Assembly (NCBI GenBank): GCA_020026275.1
Contig: JAHHQQ010000010.1
Coordinates: forward strand, 1,174 to 65,173
Reading direction: 5' to 3'
DNA: 64,000 nucleotides
Source of the DNA: Bacteroidales bacterium
Lineage (GTDB): Bacteria > Bacteroidota > Bacteroidia > Bacteroidales > UBA932
Below are positions 9,479 through 19,106 of the stretch, one piece after another. The notes under the pieces are model-generated. The model had not been told where the DNA came from. It made no database searches and saw nothing but the letters and a program-made list of their open reading frames with translations. Numbering within the stretch: position 1 is the first letter of the stretch; each line of letters opens with the position of its first letter. Made by a program: the position numbers and the translations under genes.

Positions 9479-11149
9479 ATGAAATTGATAACATTTTTTT
9501 CGGGGATGCTGCTGTCGGTCTCCTGCAGTGCGGGCAGCAGCATTCAGTCAGACATTACAGAAAAGACCTTTACCATCTGCTCTTCTCCATATACCAGAAC
9601 CAGTCTGGCGGAGGATCTGAATGTGTTCTGGACACTTGGAGACAAGGTCTCCGTCTTTGGAAAGGGGATGCCAGAAAGACATCAGAAATTCAAGGTGACA
9701 GAAGCGGACGGACGGTCGGCCACTATTCAGGGGAAGGTGATTCCGAACGACACTTATTTTGCCATCTATCCTTTCAATGAAGCGAACAGCTGTTCGGGAA
9801 AAGGATTGACGTTCGTCATTCCACAGCGGCAGCAGCCGGTTGCCGGAACATTTTCTGAAAATCTGAACCCTGCCTATTCTGTATCCCAGAAGGAGGTTTT
9901 CGAATTCAGGAATGCCGGCGCGTCGCTCCGCTTCACGATGCCCTCCGACGGGGTGGGAAATTTCACAAAGGCGACTTTGAGCGGAACGGGGGCGGAAAGT
10001 TTGGCCGGGACCTTCACGGTCAATCCGGACAATGGTTCTGTCGTGGCCGAGGAAAGTGTTTCTGAAGTTCTGTTGGAGGGAAAGATTGAAGCTGGAAAGA
10101 CATACACTTTTGTGACGGCGCCGGTCACATTTCCGGAGGGATTGTCCATAGCGTTTGATATGGAAGAAGGTGGAAAGTATTCTTTCAGGACAGATGGGCC
10201 GATTGAAGTGGAAGCCGGCCAGGTCAAGGACCTCGGTGTCCTGCAGTTGGTTTCAGATGGGGATACTTATCCGGGAGCGACCAAAATAGGAAGAAGTCTG
10301 TTCCTGACAGAAGGAATCATGTCCGAATTCTTGACAGATGCTTCTTGGACGGTGACTGATGGTCTGGTCGCTACCGAAGTGGCCTTCCGCAAGAGCGACG
10401 GTCTGGAGACCCGCACTTTTTTCTTCGAAGTGGACCTGAACAATCCTGCCATCACCATTTCACAGACGACACCAGACAACAAGCCGATCGGAGAAGCTCT
10501 CCAGTCCGTCACCAGACAGGCATTGTTGGCAGAGGCCGGCAATCCAGACATGAAAATATGGGGCGGTACCAATTCCGATTTCTTTGACATGAAGAACGGA
10601 ACGAATCTGCCTCATGGCATATTCCAACACGAAGGAAAGGTATACAAAAACTATTTCAATCCGAAAATCAAGAGGAAGATGTCTTTCTTTTATTTGACTA
10701 AGGACAAGAAAGCCGGTATAGGTCTGGAAAAAGAATACAATGAAGTCTCTTTCTCCACAGATATTCTGGAAGCCTGTGGCGGTGGGGAACTTCTGGTAGA
10801 CAAGGGACAGGTGCTGGACAATCCGCAACCTCTGGAACCACGCACCTGCATCGGAATTTCAGAAGACGGCAAGACAGTCTATATCATGGTCGCAGACGGC
10901 AGAAGTGCCGGTTATTCCAACGGTATGACACTTAATGAAATTGCACAATGCATGAAGGCGGTCGGCGCTTGGAAATCCATAAACTTGGACGGAGGCGGCT
11001 CCTCTACATTCTATGTGAGAGATTTGGAGAAGTCCGACAAGGATCCAACTCGTTTCGAGGTGCGGAACCGTCCGTCTGACGGCCGTGAAAGGGGAGTGGC
11101 CACCGGTCTTGTAATCATCAGCGCTTCTTCCAGACAAATGGACGGATAG
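9479..11149 (+). CDS. Lipoprotein with fimbrillin-like N-domain and phosphodiester glycosidase (NAGPA/DUF2233) C-domain
   Basis: Signal LLSVSC. TRTSL...VFWTLGDKVSVF...YFAIYPF is fimbrillin-like. C-terminal NSDFF, EPRTCIG, ADGR, NLDGGGSS. Confidence 0.8.
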   Translation: MKLITFFSGMLLSVSCSAGSSIQSDITEKTFTICSSPYTRTSLAEDLNVFWTLGDKVSVFGKGMPERHQKFKVTEADGRSATIQGKVIPNDTYFAIYPFNEANSCSGKGLTFVIPQRQQPVAGTFSENLNPAYSVSQKEVFEFRNAGASLRFTMPSDGVGNFTKATLSGTGAESLAGTFTVNPDNGSVVAEESVSEVLLEGKIEAGKTYTFVTAPVTFPEGLSIAFDMEEGGKYSFRTDGPIEVEAGQVKDLGVLQLVSDGDTYPGATKIGRSLFLTEGIMSEFLTDASWTVTDGLVATEVAFRKSDGLETRTFFFEVDLNNPAITISQTTPDNKPIGEALQSVTRQALLAEAGNPDMKIWGGTNSDFFDMKNGTNLPHGIFQHEGKVYKNYFNPKIKRKMSFFYLTKDKKAGIGLEKEYNEVSFSTDILEACGGGELLVDKGQVLDNPQPLEPRTCIGISEDGKTVYIMVADGRSAGYSNGMTLNEIAQCMKAVGAWKSINLDGGGSSTFYVRDLEKSDKDPTRFEVRNRPSDGRERGVATGLVIISASSRQMDG

Positions 11150-11158
11150 CAAGGTTTT

Positions 11159-11317
11159 TCATTTTATCTTGTCCTGACGGCTGGAAAGCAGGCGTTCCAC
11201 ATCGTCCAGAATCTGCTGCATCCTGTCTTTGTGCAGATGCCTCTTCTCTGTATCTTTCTTGTAGCAGGCCTGGTTGGCGCCTCCGAAATTGCCGAGATGG
11301 CATCAGAAACAAGGCTG
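11159..11317 (-). pseudogene. Collapsed GH89 (alpha-N-acetylglucosaminidase) gene relic
   Basis: Manual translation: QPCF*CHLGNFGGANQACYKKDTEKRHLHKDRMQQILDDVERLLSSRQDKIK*. Resembles the GH89 P-x-x-W-C-x-L-x-N-F-G-G motif (Trp to TGA) joined to the C-domain M..IL.D.D.LL helix. Confidence 0.6.
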
Positions 11318-11422
11318 GTTTTGTGGAAGAGGACCGGTCAGATGCATTCACGGTGTCATCCAACTGTTCAAATTTGAAATTCTGATATTGTTCGGGAAGT
11401 ATGCGCAGGAAACCGGAGTTCG

Positions 11423-13216
11423 CTAGATGTATTCTGAAAGTTCCAGCCATCTCATTTCCTTGACATCCAGTTCTTCAGATATCTCTGCAAATCTTTCTCC
11501 ATACTTCTGCAACTCTTCAAAAGAGCTGTCGCCACTGTTCATTTTGACTGCAAGTTCCTCCTTTTCGGCATTTAATTTTTCCAAATCGGCCTCCAATTCT
11601 TCAAATTCTCTCTTCTCCTTATAGCTCAATTTCTTCTTTACAGGGGCAGCGGACTGCGATTTTTCCTTTTTGTTGGCTTCTTTCAGCGATTTTTCGGCAT
11701 TTTTCTGCAAAGATTTCTGCTCGTTCTCGTAATTCCGGATGAATTCACGGTATTCGCTGTAGGTGCCGATGAAGTCCTTGACCACGCCGTTTCCGCAGAA
11801 TACCAGCAGATGGTCCACCAGCCTGTCCAGGAAATGCCGGTCGTGGGAGACGATGATCAGGGAACCTTTGTAGTTCTGGAGATATTCTTCCAGCACATTC
11901 AGTGTGATAATGTCCAGATCGTTGGTCGGCTCATCCAGAATGAGCAGATTGGGCTGCTGGACCAGAATGGTCAGCAGATACAGTCTTCTGCGCTCACCTC
12001 CAGACAGTTTGCCGATCTTGTTGTTGAGCATGTCGTGTGAAAACATGAACTGGCTGAGCAGATGGGTGTCATTGATGGTCTCCAATACCGTCTGGTCTTC
12101 GTCAAATGACATTCCGCTCTGGTGATAATAACCGATTTTCAAGGATTCTCCCCGTTCGATCGTTCCGGTCAGCCTACCGTTGCCGTTGAGGTTGTCGGTC
12201 AGGATGTTGATGAAGGTACTCTTCCCGACTCCGTTCTTGCCGACGATGCCCACCCGTTCGAAACGCTGGAAATTGTAGTCGAAATGGGACAGGTAGGGTT
12301 GGTCTCCATAGTAGAAGCTCAAATCTTTGCAGTTGATGATCTTGGAGCCCAGACGGGAAGCGCCTCCGATATCCTTCATGTCCACCTGCTTGGTGGTGCA
12401 GACCTGTTCCGCCCGGTCTTTCAGTTCGTAGAAAGCGTCTTTTCTGTATTTGGCTTTGCCTGAACGGGCGCAAGGAGTGCTCCGCATCCATTCCAGCTCT
12501 CTTCTCAGCAGGTTCTTGACCCGGTCCGTCTCGGAATTGTAGTTGTCAATGCGCTCTTCCCGTTTCTCCAGATAATTCTGGTAGTCTCCCCGGTAGGTAT
12601 AGACGGATCCGCGGTCCATTTCAATGATGGTGTTGCAGACATGATCCAGGAAATAGCGGTCGTGGGTCACCATGAGAAGGGTGCAGCGGGCACGGCTCAG
12701 GTAATTTTCCAGGAACTCGATCGCATCGATGTCCAGATGGTTGGTCGGCTCGTCCATGATGAAGAAATCGGCTTCGGTCGCCAGCATCTGGGTCAGGGCC
12801 ACCCGCTTGATCTCTCCTCCAGAAAGATTTTTCATGGGGGTGTCCATCTCCGCCAGTCCGAATCCCGTCAGCAATTGCCTTGCTTTCAATTCATATTTGA
12901 ACAGATGGTCCTGGTCCAGCTCCCGGGTAAAATCCTTGCTGGATTCCATGACCTGGTCCAGAATTCCTTTTTCCGGATTGAAGTCGTATTCCTGCTCAAG
13001 AAAAGCAATCCGGATGTCTTTCAGAAATTTGATCTGCCCGCCGGAATCGCTCTTGTCTTTTCCTGCCAGAATCCGGAGCAGGGAAGTCTTTCCTGTTCCG
13101 TTGGGTGCGATCAGCGCAATCTTGTCGCCTTCATTGATGTTGAATCCTATGTTCTCAAAAAGGATTTTGGGACCATAGGATTTGGATATATTTTCAATTT
13201 GAAGATAACTTGCCAT
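11423..13216 (-). CDS. ABC-F family ATPase (Uup/YfmR-like)
   Basis: Two ABC cassettes (APNGTGKT, GKNGVGKS; LSGGE twice; DEPTN twice), no TM segments, C-terminal KKKLSYKEKRE...RWLEL domain. Confidence 0.93.
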   Translation of the reverse strand: MASYLQIENISKSYGPKILFENIGFNINEGDKIALIAPNGTGKTSLLRILAGKDKSDSGGQIKFLKDIRIAFLEQEYDFNPEKGILDQVMESSKDFTRELDQDHLFKYELKARQLLTGFGLAEMDTPMKNLSGGEIKRVALTQMLATEADFFIMDEPTNHLDIDAIEFLENYLSRARCTLLMVTHDRYFLDHVCNTIIEMDRGSVYTYRGDYQNYLEKREERIDNYNSETDRVKNLLRRELEWMRSTPCARSGKAKYRKDAFYELKDRAEQVCTTKQVDMKDIGGASRLGSKIINCKDLSFYYGDQPYLSHFDYNFQRFERVGIVGKNGVGKSTFINILTDNLNGNGRLTGTIERGESLKIGYYHQSGMSFDEDQTVLETINDTHLLSQFMFSHDMLNNKIGKLSGGERRRLYLLTILVQQPNLLILDEPTNDLDIITLNVLEEYLQNYKGSLIIVSHDRHFLDRLVDHLLVFCGNGVVKDFIGTYSEYREFIRNYENEQKSLQKNAEKSLKEANKKEKSQSAAPVKKKLSYKEKREFEELEADLEKLNAEKEELAVKMNSGDSSFEELQKYGERFAEISEELDVKEMRWLELSEYI

Positions 13217-13222
13217 TTGAAA

Positions 13223-14575
13223 TCATTTAAAGAATTGGTCTACTTCTTTGACGGCATCCGGCAATGCAAATACGGCCACACGGTCGTAGCTCTCGATCTT
13301 GGTGTTGCCGACCGCAATGAAGGAATCATTTCCGCGGATCACTCCGCCGACGATGGCATTCTTAGGAAAATCAATTTCTTTCAGCGTACCCTTGGTGATG
13401 CGGCTGCCCGGTGCCACGATGTATTCCAGCACCTCCGCATTGGTCTCGCTCATGTATTTGATGAAACGAACCTTGTTGCTCAAGGTCATCTTGTAGATTT
13501 TTCCAGCTGTAATCAGTTTCTTGTTGATGACGGCATCGACTCCCATGTCTTCGGCGATGTGGATGTATTCGATGTTCTCCACTTCAGCGATAGTCTTGCT
13601 GACGCCCAGTTTCTTGGCGACCACGCAAGCCAGGACGTTGGCTTCGTCATTGCCGGTCACGGCGATGAACGCATCAAATTCCTTGATGTTCTGTTCAATC
13701 AGGAAATCTGAATTCCTGCCGTCTCCATTGACGACGGAGACATTGTCCGCAGTGCTGTCACGCAGTTCCGCACATTTGTTCTTGTCTTTTTCCAGAATCT
13801 TCACGCAGCCGATGCTCTTGCTCAGTTCGTTGGCCACCATTTTTCCGATGCGGCTTCCGCCCAGGATCATGGCCTTGCTGATGTTGATGTTGGTCTTGCC
13901 GAGATAGTCCATGAGAGGATGGAGCGCCTCACGGGTGGTGATGATGAACACGAGGTCATGATATTTGAACTTGGTATCATGCTTCGGTATGATGGTGGCG
14001 TTGTCCCTGGAAATGGCGGCGACCCTGAATTCCTCGTTGCTGACGGAAGCCACGAACTGCTCGATGTTGGTGTCCATCAGTTTGGATTCCTCTTCCACCC
14101 TGAACACGAACATCTGCAGTTTGCCACGGGCGAAATCCAGCGATTCGGAAGTGGCGGTATTCTTGAGCCGGTTGCATATTTCCTTGGCGGCGACCATTTC
14201 CGGATAGAACATCAGGTCAATGCCCATTTCGGTGAACATGTATTTGTTCTCATAGGTCAGATATTCCTCATCGTCAATTCTGGCACAAACCTTCTGACAG
14301 CCCAATTTCTTGGAAATCAGGGAACTGACGATGTTCACATCCTGTTTGGTGTTGGGGTTGACGGCGATGAACAGATCCGCCTCTCCCACATTGGCCTGTT
14401 TCAGCGCAGAAATGGAAGAAGCTTTTCCCGTGATGGTGACGACATCTGCCGTGGAAGCCAGTTCTTGCAGCCGGCTTTCATCCTTGTCAATGACCGTGAT
14501 GTCAAAAGAGGCACCGCTCAACATTTTAGCGAGATGTGAGCCGACTTCACCGGCTCCTTCAATAACTATCTTCAT
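13223..14575 (-). CDS. trkA: Trk potassium uptake protein TrkA
   Basis: Duplicated RCK-N (GAGEVG; GGSRIG) and RCK-C architecture, 450 aa. Confidence 0.95.
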   Translation of the reverse strand: MKIVIEGAGEVGSHLAKMLSGASFDITVIDKDESRLQELASTADVVTITGKASSISALKQANVGEADLFIAVNPNTKQDVNIVSSLISKKLGCQKVCARIDDEEYLTYENKYMFTEMGIDLMFYPEMVAAKEICNRLKNTATSESLDFARGKLQMFVFRVEEESKLMDTNIEQFVASVSNEEFRVAAISRDNATIIPKHDTKFKYHDLVFIITTREALHPLMDYLGKTNINISKAMILGGSRIGKMVANELSKSIGCVKILEKDKNKCAELRDSTADNVSVVNGDGRNSDFLIEQNIKEFDAFIAVTGNDEANVLACVVAKKLGVSKTIAEVENIEYIHIAEDMGVDAVINKKLITAGKIYKMTLSNKVRFIKYMSETNAEVLEYIVAPGSRITKGTLKEIDFPKNAIVGGVIRGNDSFIAVGNTKIESYDRVAVFALPDAVKEVDQFFK

Positions 14576-14622
14576 AATAAAGTCAATGTCCTTCTTTTAT
14601 GGAATCGGATAATTCCTTTTCA

Positions 14623-15729
14623 TTATGTCTGTTTCCGGTCCTCCTGCAGCTGGTGGACCAGATTGAAAATCTTCTTTCCCCTCAGCAGGGCACGCGGTAT
14701 GATCCATTTGGGATAAATTCCCTGCACATGGACATTTCCCGGGTCATGGGTCTGGCGATATTGCTCAATTTCGAGGAGAGTGCACCGGCGGCGTTTCTGC
14801 CGGTATTCCTTGTGTGCCTCGAGGACGGCCTTGAAGAAGCTCCAGCGGAACAGGCAGAGGTAGGCGAGTCCCGACAGGCCGTCAATCAGCATCCTCTGGA
14901 AAATCTTGCGCCGGGCCCGTTTCCAGGCCTTTTCTGCCGGCATCTCCAGCGAATAGGTCTTGGCGAGATTGTTCTCCAGCATCAGCAGATTGTTCCGGTA
15001 GTTCAATTTCAGTTTCCACGGGGAAGTCTGAGGCAGTGTGCCGCCTCCGAGATGCCAGACGACCGATTGGGGAATGACCGTAATGTGATAGCCTTCCAGC
15101 TGCATTCTCCAGCACAGGTCAATCTCTTCCATGTGCGCGAAGAAACGGTCATCCAGTCCGCCCAGCTGCCAGTAGAGGTCGCTTCTGACCATCAGACAGG
15201 CGCCGGTTGCCCAGAATACGTCCTTCACTTCGTCATACTGTCCCTTGTCCATCTCGACCTGCTCCATGACCCTGCCCCGACAGAACGGGAAGCCGTAGCT
15301 GTCAAGGAAGCCTCCGGCGGCACCGGCGTATTCGAACTGGTCCTTCTCGTACCAGGAATGCAGTTTGGGCGCACAGGCTCCGCATTCCGGATGAGATTTC
15401 ATCCAGTCTGCCAAAGGAAGGATCCAGTCATTGGACACCTGCACATCCGTGTTCAGAAGCACATAGACATCCCAGTCTTCCTCCTTCAATGCTCCCAGCG
15501 CCTTGTTGTAGCCTCCTGTGAAGCCGTAATTCTGGTCCATCCGGATGACCCGTACGGCAGGGAACTTCTCTGCCATGGTTTCCAGGGACCCGTCGGTGGA
15601 ATGGTTGTCTGCCACGATGACTTCCGCCCGGTCTTCTTTCACCTCTTCACAAGACGAAATGACGCCCGGCAGAAATCTCTCCAGGTACTCTTTTGTGTTC
15701 CAATTCAGTATGACAACAGCAATTTTCAT
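14623..15729 (-). CDS. Glycosyltransferase family 2
   Basis: MKIAVVILNWN, ADNHSTDGS, NYGFTGGYN, LLNTD, FFAHMEEIDLCWR. Start taken at the ATG (MKIAV). Confidence 0.93.
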   Translation of the reverse strand: MKIAVVILNWNTKEYLERFLPGVISSCEEVKEDRAEVIVADNHSTDGSLETMAEKFPAVRVIRMDQNYGFTGGYNKALGALKEEDWDVYVLLNTDVQVSNDWILPLADWMKSHPECGACAPKLHSWYEKDQFEYAGAAGGFLDSYGFPFCRGRVMEQVEMDKGQYDEVKDVFWATGACLMVRSDLYWQLGGLDDRFFAHMEEIDLCWRMQLEGYHITVIPQSVVWHLGGGTLPQTSPWKLKLNYRNNLLMLENNLAKTYSLEMPAEKAWKRARRKIFQRMLIDGLSGLAYLCLFRWSFFKAVLEAHKEYRQKRRRCTLLEIEQYRQTHDPGNVHVQGIYPKWIIPRALLRGKKIFNLVHQLQEDRKQT

Positions 15730-15885
15730 ATTATACAAATATAGCGATTTTTTGCTCAGTCAGATTAGTTTGTGTAATTTTGCCGGCTCAAATCTGTGAC
15801 CGGTTGGTTGAACGTCCCTTCTGGAAGACAGTTTGAGCATTTCAATTAGAACAGTATATTGTCATCAAGTTATTTTTGGAATCTT

Positions 15886-16884
15886 ATGAAAAGCAGTCGC
15901 CGCTCTTTCCAGTCCGCCGGTAAAATCGTGTACATCAGTCTGGCAGTAATCCTGTCTTCTCTTCTGGCACTCGGTTTTTTCCCTGAATTTGAAAATTTTT
16001 CTTCATTTGTGACTCCACCGGTCGCCCTGTTTCTCGGATTGGCCTTTGCCCTGATCTTCGGCATCCCTTATCCGTCTTTCAACAAGAAAATGTCCAAATA
16101 TCTGCTCCAATATTCCGTCGTCGGACTCGGCTTCGGCATGAATGTGCAGGCCGCCCTCGCCTCCGGCAAGGAAGGAATGGCATTTACCGTGGTCTCCGTA
16201 GTGGGCACCTTGGTCATCGGATGGCTGATCGGACGCAAACTGCTCAAGGTAGACAAGAACACGTCCTATCTCATCAGCAGCGGTACTGCCATCTGTGGTG
16301 GCAGCGCCATTGCCGCAGTGGGACCGGTCATCAAGGCCAAAGACAGTGAAATGTCTGTCGCACTGGGCACCATCTTCATCTTGAATGCCTTCGCACTCTT
16401 CATTTTCCCTGCCATCGGACACGCTCTCGGCATGAGCCAGCAGGAATTCGGCATGTGGGCGGCCATCGCCATCCACGACACCAGTTCCGTAGTGGGCGCA
16501 GGTCAGGCCTATGGCGAAGAGGCACTCCAGGTGGCAACGACCATCAAGCTGACCAGAGCCCTGTGGATCATTCCGCTCGCCCTGGTCACCTCCCTCATCT
16601 TCAAGACCAAAGGCAGCAAGATCAGCATTCCATGGTTCATCTTCTGGTTCATCGCAGCCATGCTGCTCAATACCTACGTACTTTCGCATTTCCCGTCAGG
16701 GGTAGCGGCCGGTAACCTCATCAACGAAGTCGCACGCAAGTCCTTGACGGTGACCCTTTTCTTCATCGGTGCCTCCCTTTCCCGTGAGGTCCTCCGGTCT
16801 GTGGGAGCGAAAGCGCTTCTGCAAGGGGTCCTGCTCTGGATCGTGATCAGCCTCAGTACGCTGGCGTTCATCTATCTGTTCTAA
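15886..16884 (+). CDS. YeiH/UPF0324 putative sulfate exporter family membrane protein
   Basis: About 10 TM segments; GTAICGGSAIAA, AIHDTSSVVGAG, IKLTRALW, IPWFI. ATG start preferred over the TTG at 15859. Confidence 0.9.
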   Translation: MKSSRRSFQSAGKIVYISLAVILSSLLALGFFPEFENFSSFVTPPVALFLGLAFALIFGIPYPSFNKKMSKYLLQYSVVGLGFGMNVQAALASGKEGMAFTVVSVVGTLVIGWLIGRKLLKVDKNTSYLISSGTAICGGSAIAAVGPVIKAKDSEMSVALGTIFILNAFALFIFPAIGHALGMSQQEFGMWAAIAIHDTSSVVGAGQAYGEEALQVATTIKLTRALWIIPLALVTSLIFKTKGSKISIPWFIFWFIAAMLLNTYVLSHFPSGVAAGNLINEVARKSLTVTLFFIGASLSREVLRSVGAKALLQGVLLWIVISLSTLAFIYLF

Positions 16885-16894
16885 AGGAAATTGC

Positions 16895-16987
16895 GCCGGA
16901 AGGGTACGCCATCCGGCAAATGAAAAACTCCTGCGGCTTTTGACTGCAGGAGTTATAAGGAAATCAGGGCCAACAGCCCTGATTTTT
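16895..16987. terminator. Three consecutive hairpins between convergent yeiH-like and slyD genes (terminator region)
   Basis: gccgga..tccggc; aactcctgcgg..ctgcaggagtt; aaatcagggc..gccctgattt. Confidence 0.7.
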
Positions 16988-16990
16988 ATT

Positions 16991-17650
16991 TTAGTTCTCG
17001 TGATGATGACCACAGCAGCATTCGCCCTCGCCGTGCTCATGGTGATGGCCGCCGCAGCAACCGCCTTCCTCACCGTGCTCGTGATGGTGACCGCCGCAGC
17101 AACCGCCTTCCTCGCCGTGCTCGTGACCGTGGCCGCCGCAGCAATGGCAATGATGCTCTTCCTGAGGAAGGAATTCTCCGTGAAGACCCTCTGTCAGCTC
17201 TTTCTCAGTAGCCTCTCTGACAGTGAGGACCTGACCCTTGAAATTCATGGTCTTGCCGGCCATCGGATGATTGAAATCCATGACAACGGTCTCGTCCTTG
17301 ACTTCAGCGACCTTGCCCTGGCATACCTGGTTGGCGCTGTTGAACATAGGAATGAAATTGCCTTCCACAAGAAGGTCATCCCTCAATACTCCATTTACTG
17401 TAAAGGCACTCTTCGGCAGTTCTACGATGTTCTTCGGATCAGGCTCGCCATATTCGTCTTCCGGCTTCACGATGAAGTCGAATTCGTAGCCTGGCTCATG
17501 ACCTTCCACTTCTTCTTCAAATTTCGGGATGAGCATGCCCATTCCCTGGATGTAATCCAGCGGAGCATCTTTGGAAACGGTATCGACTACCTGTCCATCC
17601 ACAGTCACTTCATAGATAACTTCCACTACGGAGTTTTTTGTAATTTTCAT
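16991..17650 (-). CDS. slyD: FKBP-type peptidyl-prolyl isomerase SlyD with His/Cys-rich tail
   Basis: MKITKNSVV, PLDYIQGMGMLIPKFEE, MDFNHPMAGKTMNF, VREATEKEL, His/Cys/Gly tail. Confidence 0.93.
   Translation of the reverse strand: MKITKNSVVEVIYEVTVDGQVVDTVSKDAPLDYIQGMGMLIPKFEEEVEGHEPGYEFDFIVKPEDEYGEPDPKNIVELPKSAFTVNGVLRDDLLVEGNFIPMFNSANQVCQGKVAEVKDETVVMDFNHPMAGKTMNFKGQVLTVREATEKELTEGLHGEFLPQEEHHCHCCGGHGHEHGEEGGCCGGHHHEHGEEGGCCGGHHHEHGEGECCCGHHHEN
16994..17157 (-). repeat. 42-bp coding tandem repeat (CCGGHHHEHGEEGG, about 3.5 copies) in the slyD tail
   Basis: ccgccgcagcaa recurs at 17049, 17091 and 17133 (period 42). Confidence 0.9.
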
Positions 17651-17704
17651 AATCGCATTGATGTTTCCCGTCCATGACGGGGTATGGTTAATAAATATAT
17701 TCAA

Positions 17705-19105
17705 TCAGGCACTGAAATCCACATCCTTGAAAGCCAAAGACGGGATCTGCTTGTTCATGCAAGGCCTCCAGTCAGATCCGGCGGCGAGAAGCTGTTTCCA
17801 CAAGGTAATCAGATTGCCGGTGATGACCATGCCCCGAACCGGAGCGCCGATCCGGCCCTCTTCAATCTTGAAGCCCTCCACACCGTAGGAGAAGTCTCCG
17901 GTGACAGGATCACTGTTCCCGCCGTTGAATCCGGTTACAAAAATACCATTTTTGCAAAGTTCCAGAATATCTTTCAAAGAAATGTTTTCAACAGACCCCT
18001 TTTCTGCCTTCTCCGCCGTGGCCGGCAAATATGGCATGATCTTCGGTCTCGCGCAATCCTCAACAGTAGGTAAAATTCCCATTTTGCCTGATATGTAGGT
18101 GTTTATGAAATATCTGCACACCTTTCCCTTTTCGATGACCGGAGAGGAAGGGTAGGCGACTCCTTCGGAATCGAAGAGACGGGCGCCGTTCTTGCCTGCT
18201 TCTGCAGAAACGTCCATCAACGTGAAACCTTCGGAGAAGATCTGCTTCCCTTCGGAATCTGTCAGGAAAGAATTCTGCTGCTGGAGCGAGTAACCGTTGA
18301 GGGCGGCGAGAACCGGATTGAGCAGCTTGGCAGCCACTTCGTTCTCCACCACCATGTTGTAGGAACCGCTTTCGAGCTGGACCGGATGAATCTGGGCGAC
18401 TGCACGTCGCAGGGCAGTTTCCGCAATGGAAGCCGTTTCCAGATCTGCCAGATGGGTGCTGGCATTCCAGCCATAGCCGCTGTACTTGCAGCCATCCTCA
18501 TCCTGGATGGTAATTTCCATGCTGGCTTCAAAGGCTGTCTCCGTCTGCATGCACTCGAGCCCGTTCGAGTCAATGATATAATTGTTGTAATTGGAATCGC
18601 ACCAAACAATCTCTTCGGAAATCAGGGAGTAGCCGTGAGCCGCTTCCTTCATCTTCTCGAAGGAGGACAGATTCAAGGCTGTCTCCAACCTCTTTTCTGG
18701 AGTGAAATCGGAAAAAGCCGGGTCGTACAGGCCCAGTTCGTCTCCCCGGACAGCGTTCTTGATAGTCCTGGACGGATCCGGCAGCTTCCGGCATTCGTCT
18801 GGAGCCAGCATCTTGACCGTCTCGATTGCCTTCACGATGAACGGCTCCAGTTCCTTCCAGTCCAGACGATTGATGGAGAACGTACCGTATTTCCCGTCTG
18901 CGAACACGTTCAAGGTCAGTGCACGGTCACCGGACTGGCTCACCTTGTCCAGATAGCCGTTGAGCACGGCCAGTTCATTCATCAGACATTTGTTCAAGGT
19001 GATCCGGATGGCAGAAGCACCTTGTTCCAAAGCTTTGTCCAGACATTTTCTGCACAGGAGTTTTTCTTCCTCGTCAATTTTCCAGGTCATATTGTTGTTT
19101 TCCAT
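17705..19105 (-). CDS. pmbA: TldE/PmbA family protein
   Basis: FDSEGV, GFNGGNSDPVTGDFSYGVEGF; no HExxxH; follows tldD. Confidence 0.9.
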   Translation of the reverse strand: MENNNMTWKIDEEEKLLCRKCLDKALEQGASAIRITLNKCLMNELAVLNGYLDKVSQSGDRALTLNVFADGKYGTFSINRLDWKELEPFIVKAIETVKMLAPDECRKLPDPSRTIKNAVRGDELGLYDPAFSDFTPEKRLETALNLSSFEKMKEAAHGYSLISEEIVWCDSNYNNYIIDSNGLECMQTETAFEASMEITIQDEDGCKYSGYGWNASTHLADLETASIAETALRRAVAQIHPVQLESGSYNMVVENEVAAKLLNPVLAALNGYSLQQQNSFLTDSEGKQIFSEGFTLMDVSAEAGKNGARLFDSEGVAYPSSPVIEKGKVCRYFINTYISGKMGILPTVEDCARPKIMPYLPATAEKAEKGSVENISLKDILELCKNGIFVTGFNGGNSDPVTGDFSYGVEGFKIEEGRIGAPVRGMVITGNLITLWKQLLAAGSDWRPCMNKQIPSLAFKDVDFSA

Positions 19106-19106
19106 A

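Noticed and set aside
13223..14575. trkA without an adjacent trkH
   Set aside because: The partner can be encoded elsewhere; nothing in the sequence suggests a new function.
16994..17157. Regular repeats as a possible CRISPR array
   Set aside because: Contiguous in-frame coding repeats with no unique spacers, and no cas genes in the window.
16940..17677. Ala/Val-rich repetitive ORF resembling a membrane protein or RiPP precursor near tldDE
   Set aside because: It is the reverse complement of slyD and its His/Cys repeat.
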